The notes below the pieces were generated by a model. The model did not search any database. It worked only from the letters and a program-made list of their open reading frames with translations, and was not told the origin of the DNA. Made by a program: the position numbers and the translations under genes. Positions 1 to 8,316 of a stretch of DNA of 21,438 nt are shown here, piece after piece (within the stretch, counting starts at the first letter, position 1; the number at the start of each line of letters is the position of its first letter). The stretch is taken from contig JBDREN010000158.1 of the NCBI GenBank assembly GCA_043819795.1, positions 1-21,438 on the forward strand, given 5' to 3'. The DNA comes from Elusimicrobiota bacterium. Its GTDB lineage: Bacteria > Elusimicrobiota > Elusimicrobia > UBA1565.

Positions 1-137
1 TCCAAATGGTTGGAGACCAGGCTTGTTGGCCGACCAGGAAATCTACCATCATCAGAACTTCCATCCGACTCGCAACGACGACTGAGTGCGGCTGCACCAC
101 AAATTTGGCACACGCGCCAGGGGGGGTGGGGGCGACA

Positions 138-170
138 AGAAACCCGCTCCAGGTTCTGGAGCGGGTTTCT
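138..170. terminator. Probable intrinsic (possibly bidirectional) terminator downstream of tRNA-Ala
   Basis: Perfect 15-bp inverted repeat AGAAACCCGCTCCAG (138-152) / CTGGAGCGGGTTTCT (156-170) with T-rich ends on both strands, 34 nt 3' of the tRNA CCA end. Confidence 0.75.
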
Positions 171-204
171 CGTCGAGGATTCGGCCTTTTTGGGGCCTCT
201 TAGA

Positions 205-280
<76 letters not shown>

Positions 281-648
281 GTTTTCTCGTCGGAGAACCT
301 TCCTCCAACTCCCCTCGCCAAGCCGCCAGTGTAGCGGTCTGGCAAGGGTCGATTTTCGGTCCGCTTCAAATATCAAAGGCCCCAGTGTGCTACCGGACAC
401 CCGAAGGCTCCGCGCCAGGACCCATAAAGCGAACCTCCCTCAGGTCTTGCCCGGTAGCAGAACCAGTATATCAGACAGGCCGGGGATTTCAAGAGCAGTG
501 TAATATACGCGCGGGCGGGCGTGCCCCAACCGCCGGGACTATCCGATCGATTCCGCACCCCCACCTTGGCAGAAGTAGCGGGGGCGGGGGTCCGGGAGAT
601 AGGCAAGTGCCGGCGGGGGGGCGTTCTCCCTGGGCCGGGCGGCATCCC

Positions 649-1392
649 CTAATATTTTATGCCAATGCAGCGGGCATACCACGACCAAACCCACTGACCG
701 CCGCCTTGTTTGCTGCAGGGGTGCGGCTGAGATTCGTGCCCAGACTCCCAAGCTGAGATGCATACCTCACCGTGGGACTGACACTCCGCGTCCCCGGAGG
801 TTAGGTTTCCTTGGAAATTGCGGTTCGTCGCAGCCAGGCCAGCTGTAAAGTCTTCACCTGGGTCTCCCTTGTCGCCCTTATCTCCCTTGGGACCTTGTAT
901 GCCCTGTATGCCCTGGATGCCCTGTCCGCCTTGGTCTCCCGTGTCGCCCTTGTCTCCCTTGTCGCCCTTGTCACCCGTGTCGCCTTTCTCGCCCTTCAAC
1001 CCAGCCAGTTGTTCCGGTGTGAAATCAGCGTAGGTGAATGCATCGCCTATATCTCCCTTATCGCCCTTTTCGCCCCTATCGCCTTGCGGCCCTCGCTCAC
1101 CAACGTCGCCTTTTACTCCCTGAGCGCCTTCGCCTGTGTCGCCTTTTGCTCCCGGAGGGCCTTGAATGCCTTGATCGCCCGGGTCGCCCTTGGGCCCCGC
1201 AGGTCCGGCGGGCCCCTGCGGACCCTGGAATGCCACGTTCGACATTTCCAAGATCAGCTTCCCGTCGGTGTTTGTCCGCAGAACGTGCTTGGTACCGGTC
1301 TCGTCCTCTCCGCGCAGCACTCCGCTGCCCTCGGCCGCGGCCAGCCCCGTCCATCCCAGAATCAGCACTCCGGCTACGATCAGCTTCTTCAT
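649..1392 (-). CDS. Secreted collagen-like (Gly-X-Y) protein with a small 4-Cys C-terminal domain, 247 aa
   Basis: Start moved to [20 protein letters not shown] (Sec-type signal peptide, purine-rich sequence upstream). About 36 Gly-X-Y triplets in two blocks separated by [15 protein letters not shown]. The C-terminal ~65 aa contain four Cys. Confidence 0.88.
   Translation of the reverse strand: MKKLIVAGVLILGWTGLAAAEGSGVLRGEDETGTKHVLRTNTDGKLILEMSNVAFQGPQGPAGPAGPKGDPGDQGIQGPPGAKGDTGEGAQGVKGDVGERGPQGDRGEKGDKGDIGDAFTYADFTPEQLAGLKGEKGDTGDKGDKGDKGDTGDQGGQGIQGIQGIQGPKGDKGDKGDPGEDFTAGLAATNRNFQGNLTSGDAECQSHGEVCISAWESGHESQPHPCSKQGGGQWVWSWYARCIGIKY
850..1224 (-). repeat. Collagen Gly-X-Y triplet repeat region
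   Basis: [15 protein letters not shown]...GDKGDKGDK...[24 protein letters not shown], with matching 9-nt DNA periodicity (e.g. gtcgccctt, atgccctgt). Confidence 0.92.
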
Positions 1393-1434
1393 CCTCGCCC
1401 CCTGTCCAAGCGCCCCGGCGCCTGAATCCGAGAT

Positions 1435-1464
1435 AGTGTAGGTCCCGAGTCGCTGACTTTTCAA
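1435..1464 (-). promoter_or_regulatory. Putative sigma70-type promoter of the collagen-like gene
   Basis: Minus strand TTGAAA (1459-1464), 18 nt spacer, TACACT (1435-1440), 42 nt upstream of the ATG and preceded by an AT-rich tract (about 1480-1525). Confidence 0.5.
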
Positions 1465-1897
1465 GGACATCAGATGACTTTGATGCAGAAAAAGAGCTTA
1501 CGGAATAAGCATGAAAAAATTATGTCAGCGAATTGCCCTGGTTCAGCCCAGGGGAATGCTCGCGCGGGCGTGCGGGTGGGCCCCCTCGCGTTCGGGAGGG
1601 CGGTCAGGGCGATTGGCGTCCCGTTCGGTTCAGGGGGTTTCGACCTTATGGAAAGTCCCAGCGGATAAGCATATCGGGCGCGGGATTTCGGGAGGGTATG
1701 CCCCTCGGCCCTCCCGCGCGACTTGAACATGGTGAGGGATTGGTCCCAGGACGGCGTCGCTGGCTTGAGGCTCTGGATGACGAGCGGTCCGCTCATGGTT
1801 TTCTCTCCCGGAAGCGGACCTGCATAGGTAGCGTTCCGGCAGGGGCTTTTGAACGCTATCCGGGTGTGTCGGAAGGTGGGTTTTCCGTCGAGAAATG

Positions 1898-1970
1898 TGG
1901 ACGTGCGGGGGATCGAACCCCGGACCTCTACCTTGCGAAGGTAGCGCTCTCCCAGCTGAGCTACACGCCC
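1898..1970 (-). tRNA. tRNA-Ala(CGC), copy 2, CCA not fully encoded
   Basis: Same cloverleaf as copy 1 except the first T-stem pair is C-G instead of A-U (positions 1922/1906 vs 232/216). The 3' end reads ...TCC A CA T. Confidence 0.93.
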
Positions 1971-2052
1971 GTGAACGCTTGTCCGGCCGAGCGGTCCCTC
2001 CTCGTGCCGGCCCGCTACGAATCGCGAGGCGATTGCCGCCGCCTCAGGGAGG

Positions 2053-2061
2053 ATTTTAGCA
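2053..2061 (-). promoter_or_regulatory. Putative extended -10 promoter for tRNA-Ala copy 2
   Basis: Minus strand TGC-TAAAAT about 80 nt upstream of the tRNA. No clear -35; a palindrome GAGCGCG-T-CGCGCTC (2066-2080) lies just upstream. Confidence 0.45.
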
Positions 2062-2158
2062 CATAGAGCGCGTCGCGCTCCAGGCTGGCTGGCGCCGAAG
2101 CGCCGATAAGGCTTGCACTGCTCGAGGCTGGGCCGACCGAAGGGAAAGACCGCGCGGA

Positions 2159-2378
2159 CTACCAGCCGGCCACTTCGCCCCGCGAATCCACCACCAGCCT
2201 GTAGATCGGGAGGAATTCCTCGGACAGGCGCTTCCGCTTGTCTTCGTCTTTCATGAGCCTGGCCATGATGAGTCGGTTCTTCAAGATGGCCAGAAACGTG
2301 GGGGCCAGCTCTTGCGCCCGGTCATCCTGGAGACAGGCCTATATGCGTCGTCGCGTCCATCCGACCTTCGCGAGGCAT
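2159..2378 (-). pseudogene. Possible small (~72 aa) gene interrupted by a single-base frameshift
   Basis: GGGAG precedes ATG at 2378 (MPREGRMDATTHIGLSPG*, stop 2322-2324). Another frame is open from 2338 to TAG at 2159-2161 (ACLQDDRAQELAPTFLAILKNRLIMARLMKDEDKRKRLSEEFLPIYRLVVDSRGEVAGW). The total span is 220 nt = 73 codons + 1. Confidence 0.3.
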
Positions 2379-2428
2379 GGTCCGGAATACTCCCGCGCGG
2401 GAGCGGCCTCGGCGGCGGTTCGCTCGTG

Positions 2429-3415
2429 TCATTTCTTTCCGGAGCGGCGCTGGCGGAGCCTCTCCCGCTTGACCTTCTCGCGGGCCCGATTGTGCTCCTT
2501 GAGGGTCCGGCTGAATATATGCCGCCCGTCGTTATCGGCCACGAAGTAGAGGGCGTCGGTCTCCGCCGGCAGCAGCGCCGCCCTGACGGCGTCCACTCCG
2601 GGGCTGCAGATGGGGCCCGGCGGAAGCCCGAAGTACAGATAGGTGTTGTAGAGCGAGCGCACCTCCAGATGCTTGTAGCGCAGGCCCTGCTTCCATTGTC
2701 CTGTCTCATTGCCGAGGGCGTACTGCACCGTCGGGTCGGCATCCAGGCGCATGCGCTTGCGGAGGCGGTTGCGGTAGACCGCGGCGATCATCGGCATCTC
2801 GTCGACGACGCGCGCCTCGCGCTGGATGATGGAGGCGAGGGTCACGACCTGCTTGAGCATGAAGCGCTCCTGTCGCACGGACGCGAAGACCGGCTCGACC
2901 CGCCGCCGGAACTCCATGTGCATGTGATGCGCCACGGACCGCGCGGGGAGGCCCTTGGCGAAGTGGTACGTCGTCGGGAAGAGGAAGCCCTCCATGTTGT
3001 TCGCCCGGACGTACTCCATGAACGGCCCCGCCTCCGTGACGGCGTTCGCCTCGAGACGGTCGGCCGTCTGCTTGGCCATGAAGCCCTCGGGGATCACGAC
3101 CTTGACCGGGTCGATCCGGCCGCGATGCAGGCGCCAGAGCGCCTGCGCCGAGGACATCGGCCGCCGCAGCGTGTAGAGTCCGGGCTTGAGGCTGCGGTCG
3201 AAGCCCGAAAGCGTCCCGAACACCTTGAAGAGGGTGACGCTGCGGATGACGCCCCGGCTCTTGAGGAGGTCGGCCGTGCCGGCGGCGGAGAGCCCGCTCG
3301 GGACCTCGACCCGGATCCGCTCGGATCCCGGGCGCAGCCACCAGGCCATAACGCAGGCCATGCCCGCGGCGAGAACGAGGGCGATAGCGGTCTTCGCTCC
3401 GGGCCTGGGAGTCAT
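2429..3415 (-). CDS. mltG: Endolytic peptidoglycan transglycosylase MltG (YceG family)
   Basis: N-terminal TM anchor; IPEG, EGFLFPTTY, LASIIQRE (catalytic Glu), NRLRKRMRLDADPTVQY, YNTY..GLPPGPICSPG, LYFVA..GRHIFS.TL.EH motifs. Confidence 0.96.
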   Translation of the reverse strand: MTPRPGAKTAIALVLAAGMACVMAWWLRPGSERIRVEVPSGLSAAGTADLLKSRGVIRSVTLFKVFGTLSGFDRSLKPGLYTLRRPMSSAQALWRLHRGRIDPVKVVIPEGFMAKQTADRLEANAVTEAGPFMEYVRANNMEGFLFPTTYHFAKGLPARSVAHHMHMEFRRRVEPVFASVRQERFMLKQVVTLASIIQREARVVDEMPMIAAVYRNRLRKRMRLDADPTVQYALGNETGQWKQGLRYKHLEVRSLYNTYLYFGLPPGPICSPGVDAVRAALLPAETDALYFVADNDGRHIFSRTLKEHNRAREKVKRERLRQRRSGKK

Positions 3416-3424
3416 CGTATCGGC

Positions 3425-3997
3425 TCAGGGAGCGGGGAGGGGAAAGCGCTCGATCGCCCGGTAGGAAGGTCCCTCCGAAGAGAGCCGGCTCTCGAAGAGC
3501 GCGATCCCTCCGGCCTCGAAAGCCGCCTCGTCCCAGAGCCGGGCGTCGCGCCAGCGCTCGGCCCGCCGGCGCAGCGGCCCCAGCCGCCTCGGCGAGCGGA
3601 CGCGTCCGAGCGTGGCGTGGGGATGGAAGGAGCGCTTCTCGAGCGCGAAGCCCTCATCGGCCAGCGCGTCCTGTAGGATCCGGGCGGCCGCCGACAGAGG
3701 CTCGGCGCCCTCCCCGAGGCCCGCCCAGAGTACGCGGGGACTCCTCCAGTCCGGGAAGGCTCCCAGGCGGTCGAAGGCCATGCGCACGGGCCCCTGACGG
3801 CCGCGGAGCCGGCGCGCGGCGCGCGCAGCGGGCTCCAGCCGCTCCGCGGGCAGCTCTCCCAGGAAAGCGAGCGTCATGTGAAAAGTCTCGGTGCGCACCC
3901 ATTTGACGTCGGGGCCGGCCCCTCTCAGGTCCTCCAGCGCCCCCCGAAGCGTCCCCGCGGCCGGCTCGCCGACCTCGAGGGCGAAGAACAGGCGCAC
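3425..3997 (-). CDS. thpR: RNA 2',3'-cyclic phosphodiesterase (2H phosphoesterase, ThpR/LigT family)
   Basis: MRLFFAL start (GTG), two HxT motifs (FHMTLAFLG, HPHATLGR), GAFP..PRVLWAG and LFESRL...GPSY. Confidence 0.95.
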   Translation of the reverse strand: MRLFFALEVGEPAAGTLRGALEDLRGAGPDVKWVRTETFHMTLAFLGELPAERLEPAARAARRLRGRQGPVRMAFDRLGAFPDWRSPRVLWAGLGEGAEPLSAAARILQDALADEGFALEKRSFHPHATLGRVRSPRRLGPLRRRAERWRDARLWDEAAFEAGGIALFESRLSSEGPSYRAIERFPLPAP

Positions 3998-3998
3998 G

Positions 3999-4376
3999 TC
4001 AAGCGCGGGCCCTTCGGCGGACAGCCCTCATCCGGGCCAGCAGGTCCTCTGCCTGGAACGGCTTGATGATGAAATCGTCCACCCCGAAGTGGAGGGCCTC
4101 GAGCTCGTCGTCGGCGGTCTGCTTGACCGTCAGCATGATGATCGGGATGTCCTTGTTCTGCTCATCGCGCCGCATCGCCTGGACGCACGCCTGCCCGTCC
4201 ATCCGCGGCATCATCCAATCGACGAGGATCACCTCGGGACGGTACTCCTTGAGCGCGGCCAGTCCCTCCTCCCCGTCGGCCGCGACGCGGACATCGTAGC
4301 CCGCCGCCTCGAGAACGTCCTTGATGATGATCCGGTAATCCTCCTCGTCGTCCACGACCAGCACTTTCGTCGCCAT
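3999..4376 (-). CDS. Single-domain response regulator (receiver only), 125 aa
   Basis: Start moved to MATKVLVVDD with GGAGG upstream. Has the DD acidic pocket, phosphoacceptor DWMMPRMDG, IIMLT and KPF; no output domain. Confidence 0.93.
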   Translation of the reverse strand: MATKVLVVDDEEDYRIIIKDVLEAAGYDVRVAADGEEGLAALKEYRPEVILVDWMMPRMDGQACVQAMRRDEQNKDIPIIMLTVKQTADDELEALHFGVDDFIIKPFQAEDLLARMRAVRRRARA

Positions 4377-4390
4377 GATTCCCTCCGAAA

Positions 4391-5761
4391 TCAGACCATC
4401 CTCAGATTGAACAGAAACTGCGTTCCCTTCCCCGGCTGGGACTTCACGCTGACCTTCCCGCCGTGGGCCTCGACGATCGACTTGACGATGAACAGCCCGA
4501 GGCCGGTCCCCCGGGAGCCCGTCAACCGGGAGTTCGTGTTCTTGCCCTGCTGGAACTTGGAGAAAAGCTTCTTCCTGTCCTCGTCGTCCATCCCGCTGCC
4601 GGTGTCCACGACCGAGACCTCGATGAACTTGCTGCCCTCCTCGCGGTACTGCTCGCCCTGGATCCAGACGTTGCCGCCCTTGGGCGTGAACTTGAGCGAA
4701 TTGGCGATGAGGTTCACGAAGACCTGGCGCAGGCGCTCGGAGTCGCCCTGGACGGGGCCCATCTGCCGGTCCAGGCGGTTGGAGACCGTCACGCCCTGCT
4801 CGCGGCTCTTGGCCTCGAAGAACTGCACGACCTCGCCCGCCACGTTCTGGACCTGGATGGGCTTGAGCGTGCACTCCATCTTCCCGCGCTCGATCTTCGC
4901 CACGTCGAGCAGGTCGCTGATGAAGCCCGAGAGACGCTTCACGTTCGTCTTGATCCGGCCGAAGTACTGCATGAACTGGTCCGGGTTGGTCGGCCGGCCG
5001 CCGACCATCTTGCCCTCCATGAGGTTCAAGAAAGACTCGATCGCGCCCAAAGGCGAGCGCAGCTCGTGCGTCACCGCCGAGATGAAATCCTTCTTCATCA
5101 CGTCCAGCTCCTCGAGCCGCCGCGACATATGGTTGAAGCCGGCCACGAGCTCGCCGACCTCGTCCTTCGACTTCCACTCCAGGCGCACGCCGAGCTTGCC
5201 GCGGCCGATCTCCCCGGCCACTTCGGAGAGGGCCCCGAGCGGGCGGGTGATCTTGCGCGCGAACCAGACCGAGAACAGGATACCGACGAGGAGCGCGATC
5301 CCGAAGAGCCGCATGAGGTCCCGCTGCATACGCGAGACCTCCTCGTCCACCTTGGCCTTGAGGATGCTCTCGTCGATCCCGATGTCGAGGACCACCTGCC
5401 GGCTCTTGTCGGCCGGGTCCACGACCCGAAGCACGCGCGAGCGGACGCTGCCGGTGGTCGCCTTCGCCCCGATATGGTGCGTGCGCGTCCTCTCGCCCGC
5501 GACCCACGTCAGGTTGCAGTAGGTGAGCTCCTCGAACTGGCGCCTGAGGAACTTGACGTAGCTCAAGAGCAGGATGTCGTCGCGCTGCAGAAGGGCGTCG
5601 CTCGCCGCGCGCCGGACCGTGTTCTCGATGATCTGCGTCTTCTCGAGCGTCTCGGCCTTCACGCGCGCCTGCCCCACGCGCACGATGGAGTAGCCGAGCA
5701 TCCCCAACGTGGCCGTGAAGAGCAGCGTCACCGACAGCGTCAGCTTCGTCCGGATGGTCAT
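4391..5761 (-). CDS. Membrane sensor histidine kinase (2 TM, HAMP, HisKA, HATPase_c)
   Basis: Two hydrophobic segments, HAMP (ITRPL...DEVGEL..GFN.M), H-box THELRSPL, N-box QVFVNLIANSLKFT, DTGSG, F-box, GTGLGL. Confidence 0.96.
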   Translation of the reverse strand: MTIRTKLTLSVTLLFTATLGMLGYSIVRVGQARVKAETLEKTQIIENTVRRAASDALLQRDDILLLSYVKFLRRQFEELTYCNLTWVAGERTRTHHIGAKATTGSVRSRVLRVVDPADKSRQVVLDIGIDESILKAKVDEEVSRMQRDLMRLFGIALLVGILFSVWFARKITRPLGALSEVAGEIGRGKLGVRLEWKSKDEVGELVAGFNHMSRRLEELDVMKKDFISAVTHELRSPLGAIESFLNLMEGKMVGGRPTNPDQFMQYFGRIKTNVKRLSGFISDLLDVAKIERGKMECTLKPIQVQNVAGEVVQFFEAKSREQGVTVSNRLDRQMGPVQGDSERLRQVFVNLIANSLKFTPKGGNVWIQGEQYREEGSKFIEVSVVDTGSGMDDEDRKKLFSKFQQGKNTNSRLTGSRGTGLGLFIVKSIVEAHGGKVSVKSQPGKGTQFLFNLRMV

Positions 5762-5813
5762 GCGACCGTCCTATGCTCCGTTCGGCGCAGCGCCCCGCCG
5801 GCAGTCGTCATCG

Positions 5814-7814
5814 TCACTCTCCCCGCAGGATCTCCGCCTGCACGCGGCTGAGCGCCCTCTGGGCCGACCGGTTCTTCGGATCGACCCGCAGTATCCTCTG
5901 GAACATGTTCGCGGCCTCGCTGAGCCTGCCCTGCGCGTAGAGGTCCACGCCCGCCTCGTAGAGGCGCTGGATCTCGACGGGCGCCACGCGCTTGGCCGCC
6001 GGCTGCACGCGCGGCGTGGGGGCCTTCTTCTTGGCCTCGCCCTCCATGAGCTTCACCAGGGCGTCGATATAGCGGCGGAGCGTCTTGCGCTCCTCGGACT
6101 GGCGCGTGTTCCGGTAGGCCAGGCGCAGGTACTTGAGCGCCTGCGGGTTGTCCTTCTTCGCGTAGTAAGAGGTCGCCGTGCGCTTGAGCGCGAGGGCGTT
6201 GCCGGGGTCGACCTCGAGGACTTCCCCGGCGAGTTTGATCACCTTGTCGTAGGCGCCCTCCCGGAGCGCGACGTCCATGAGCGCCATCCGCGCGCCCACG
6301 ATCTTCTCCTTGCCGAGCGTCGGCGCGGGCCTGTCGGCGGGGACGGGGAGCTCTCGCGCGAGCCCCGCCTTCTGCTCGACGGCCTGCAGGAGCTGCTCGA
6401 CCCGCTCGTCGGCGGGCTGCAGACTCTGGGCGTAGGCCAGCTTGCGCACGGCGCTCTTCTCGCGGCCCGCGATCACGTCCATGATGCCCTCGTAGAGCGC
6501 CGCCTGGCCGGGGTCGGTGCGGAAGTTCTCGAGCGCGGGGAAGATGTCGGCCGCCATCGAGACGCTCTCCAGGCTGCCCTGGATGCTGCGGTCCTTCGGG
6601 TTGAGCCCGAGGGCCTGGTGCAGCTTCTGCTTGGCCTCGGCGAACCGGCCCTCGCCGGTGTCCACCCGCGCCTGCCGCAGGAACTCCTGCTGCGCCGTGC
6701 GCTTGTAGAGCGCCAGCTGCTCGGCCTGGGCCCGGAACTCGGGCGTGCCGATATCGGCCAGCTCGCGGATGTTCTCGAGGATGGCCTCCGCGAACTTCGG
6801 CTCGGCCATGAGCGGGCGCCCGAAGCGGAAGCTCAGGCCCATGCGGTGCGTGCCGAAGGTCGAGTTGATCGTCCCGAGCGGGATCGCGAAGCTGTAGTCC
6901 AGCTGCATCCGGTAGATCCGGTAGGAGATGCCCGCCGTGAACTGCCGGTACTCGCGGTCGCCGACGCCCATCGAGCCGCGGACGCCGAAGGTCCCATGCA
7001 GGAGCGTGGGCAGCCATTTCTCGGCGGCGAGGGTCGCGACCCGGTCCGTCGAGCCGTCCGGGGCCTTGAGGAAGCCCAGCTCCCCGGAGAGGCTCGTCCA
7101 CGGCGTCTGGTACGCCGCGCCGAGCTTGACGTTGCGGCCCAGCTTGTCGGTGTCGTTGTCGGAGAAGGCGATGTTCGGCTCGAGCAGGTGCTGGACCATC
7201 AGGCCCGTCGTGAAGCGCGGGCGCGGGCGGTAGAGCAGCCCGAAGTCGAAGTCCATGTTGCTCTTCGAGCCCTTCTGCAAGACCGGGTCGGGCACGCCCA
7301 GCCGCACGGCGCCGGTATCGCTGAAGGAGTTTTCGGCGGCGTCGGTGCTCCCGACCCCGCGGCTCAGGGACTTGAGCGTCGCCCCGACGTACAGGCCGTG
7401 CGGCGCCTGGTCGGGGAATATGCGCCTCCCGTACGACCCGAGGAGGCTCGACTCGCGGTACAGGCCGCTCAAGGTGAAGTAGTTCCAGGCCATTCCGTAC
7501 GCGCCGTGGCGGCCGTGCTGGATCGGCTTTTCGAACGCGATGAACGAATTCTGGAGGTTCGAATTGTCCGAGAGGCCGGTGAAGAGCCTCGAGTACGTCG
7601 TAGCCAGCTGGGGACGGTCCAGCGTCCCCAGGCCCGCCGGGTTGTAATAGACGGCGTAGACGTCGTCCGCGATGGCGGTGAAGGCATTGCCCATCCCCGT
7701 CACGCGGGCGCCGACCCCGACGTCCTCGTACGCCGCGCGCGTTTCCGGAGTGTAGCAAGCCGCGACGAAGAGTGTCAACAGCGCTGAAATCTTCATGTTT
7801 TTGTTAGATTTCAT
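5814..7814 (-). CDS. PorV/PorP-SprF-like outer-membrane beta-barrel fused to C-terminal TPR repeats, 666 aa
   Basis: Start MKSNKNMKISALL (GAGGT upstream) with signal peptide. GARVTGMGNAFTAIADDVYAVYYNPAGL is the PorV/FadL-like N-terminal signature. Amphipathic strands end in HRMGLSFRFG, followed by TPR-like helices (ALGLNP, VLEVDPGN, ILRVDPKNRSA). Confidence 0.82.
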   Translation of the reverse strand: MKSNKNMKISALLTLFVAACYTPETRAAYEDVGVGARVTGMGNAFTAIADDVYAVYYNPAGLGTLDRPQLATTYSRLFTGLSDNSNLQNSFIAFEKPIQHGRHGAYGMAWNYFTLSGLYRESSLLGSYGRRIFPDQAPHGLYVGATLKSLSRGVGSTDAAENSFSDTGAVRLGVPDPVLQKGSKSNMDFDFGLLYRPRPRFTTGLMVQHLLEPNIAFSDNDTDKLGRNVKLGAAYQTPWTSLSGELGFLKAPDGSTDRVATLAAEKWLPTLLHGTFGVRGSMGVGDREYRQFTAGISYRIYRMQLDYSFAIPLGTINSTFGTHRMGLSFRFGRPLMAEPKFAEAILENIRELADIGTPEFRAQAEQLALYKRTAQQEFLRQARVDTGEGRFAEAKQKLHQALGLNPKDRSIQGSLESVSMAADIFPALENFRTDPGQAALYEGIMDVIAGREKSAVRKLAYAQSLQPADERVEQLLQAVEQKAGLARELPVPADRPAPTLGKEKIVGARMALMDVALREGAYDKVIKLAGEVLEVDPGNALALKRTATSYYAKKDNPQALKYLRLAYRNTRQSEERKTLRRYIDALVKLMEGEAKKKAPTPRVQPAAKRVAPVEIQRLYEAGVDLYAQGRLSEAANMFQRILRVDPKNRSAQRALSRVQAEILRGE

Positions 7815-7819
7815 GGCTA

Positions 7820-8293
7820 TCACCTCACCACCAGCACTGTGCCGGTAACGACGACGTCCTCGGACTTGATCTGGTAGATGTAGACCCCGCCCGAGACCGG
7901 CGTTCCGTTGGAGCGCCCGTCCCAGGTGAGGGCCTCCGTGTTCGGTACCCCCGGCGGCGCGGGCGGGCACTGCGCGATGATCGCCGCTGCGTCCGTGTGG
8001 GCCATGCCGGAGACTTGGTGCCCGCGCAGGTCGAAGACGTCGCCGCTCACCCCCGAGAACCTCGGATTGTCGAAGCACACGATCGCGAGGTCGTTGGCCC
8101 TGTCGCCGTTGGGCGTGATCACGCGCACGAGCGCGCCCAGGAAGTGGAACCCCGCGCCCGCCTGCGCGTTCAGATGCCCCGTCCCCAAAACGGCCCCCAA
8201 GAGCGCCGCCGCGGCGGCCCACAGCGCGACCCACACCTTGCGCCGGGTCCCGCGCTCTGCGAAATTTATGCGAATTTTATTAAGCTTTTTCAT
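7820..8293 (-). CDS. Exported protein consisting only of a T9SS type-B-like (gliding-motility-associated/FlgD-Ig-like) C-terminal domain
   Basis: AAAGGAG RBS and a hydrophobic signal/TM segment. RVITPNGDRAND...VFDLRG...WDGRSNG..VSGGVYIYQI...GTVLVVR is closely similar to the C-terminus of the upstream giant protein. Confidence 0.85.
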   Translation of the reverse strand: MKKLNKIRINFAERGTRRKVWVALWAAAAALLGAVLGTGHLNAQAGAGFHFLGALVRVITPNGDRANDLAIVCFDNPRFSGVSGDVFDLRGHQVSGMAHTDAAAIIAQCPPAPPGVPNTEALTWDGRSNGTPVSGGVYIYQIKSEDVVVTGTVLVVR

Positions 8294-8316
8294 GCCCGCT
8301 CTCCTTTATATAGTCA

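Noticed and set aside
2..85. Possible 3' end of a plus-strand gene (PNGWRPGLLADQEIYHHQNFHPTRNDD*) before the hairpin at 138-170
   Set aside because: Only 27 codons are visible with no recognisable motif; it cannot be distinguished from chance.
535..566. tRNA-3'-like string TCGATTCCGCACCCCCACC on the plus strand
   Set aside because: No T-stem or acceptor-stem pairing and no cloverleaf can be built.
649..850. Collagen C-terminal head as a diversity-generating retroelement target
   Set aside because: No template repeat with adenine-specific differences and no reverse transcriptase in the window.
1393..1470. Longer N-terminus for the collagen-like ORF given by the ORF track
   Set aside because: The extension overlaps the putative promoter, and the signal peptide begins at ATG 1392.
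2312..7787. Long plus-strand and off-frame ORFs (454, 543, 462, 692, 666 aa, and the upstream parts of the 502 and 806 aa ORFs)
   Set aside because: Arg/Gly/Pro-rich shadow frames of well-supported minus-strand genes, expected from high-GC codon bias.
8260..8316. AT-rich patch as an internal promoter or foreign insertion
   Set aside because: It coincides with the RBS and first codons of the 157-aa gene, where low GC is common; no convincing -35/-10 pair.
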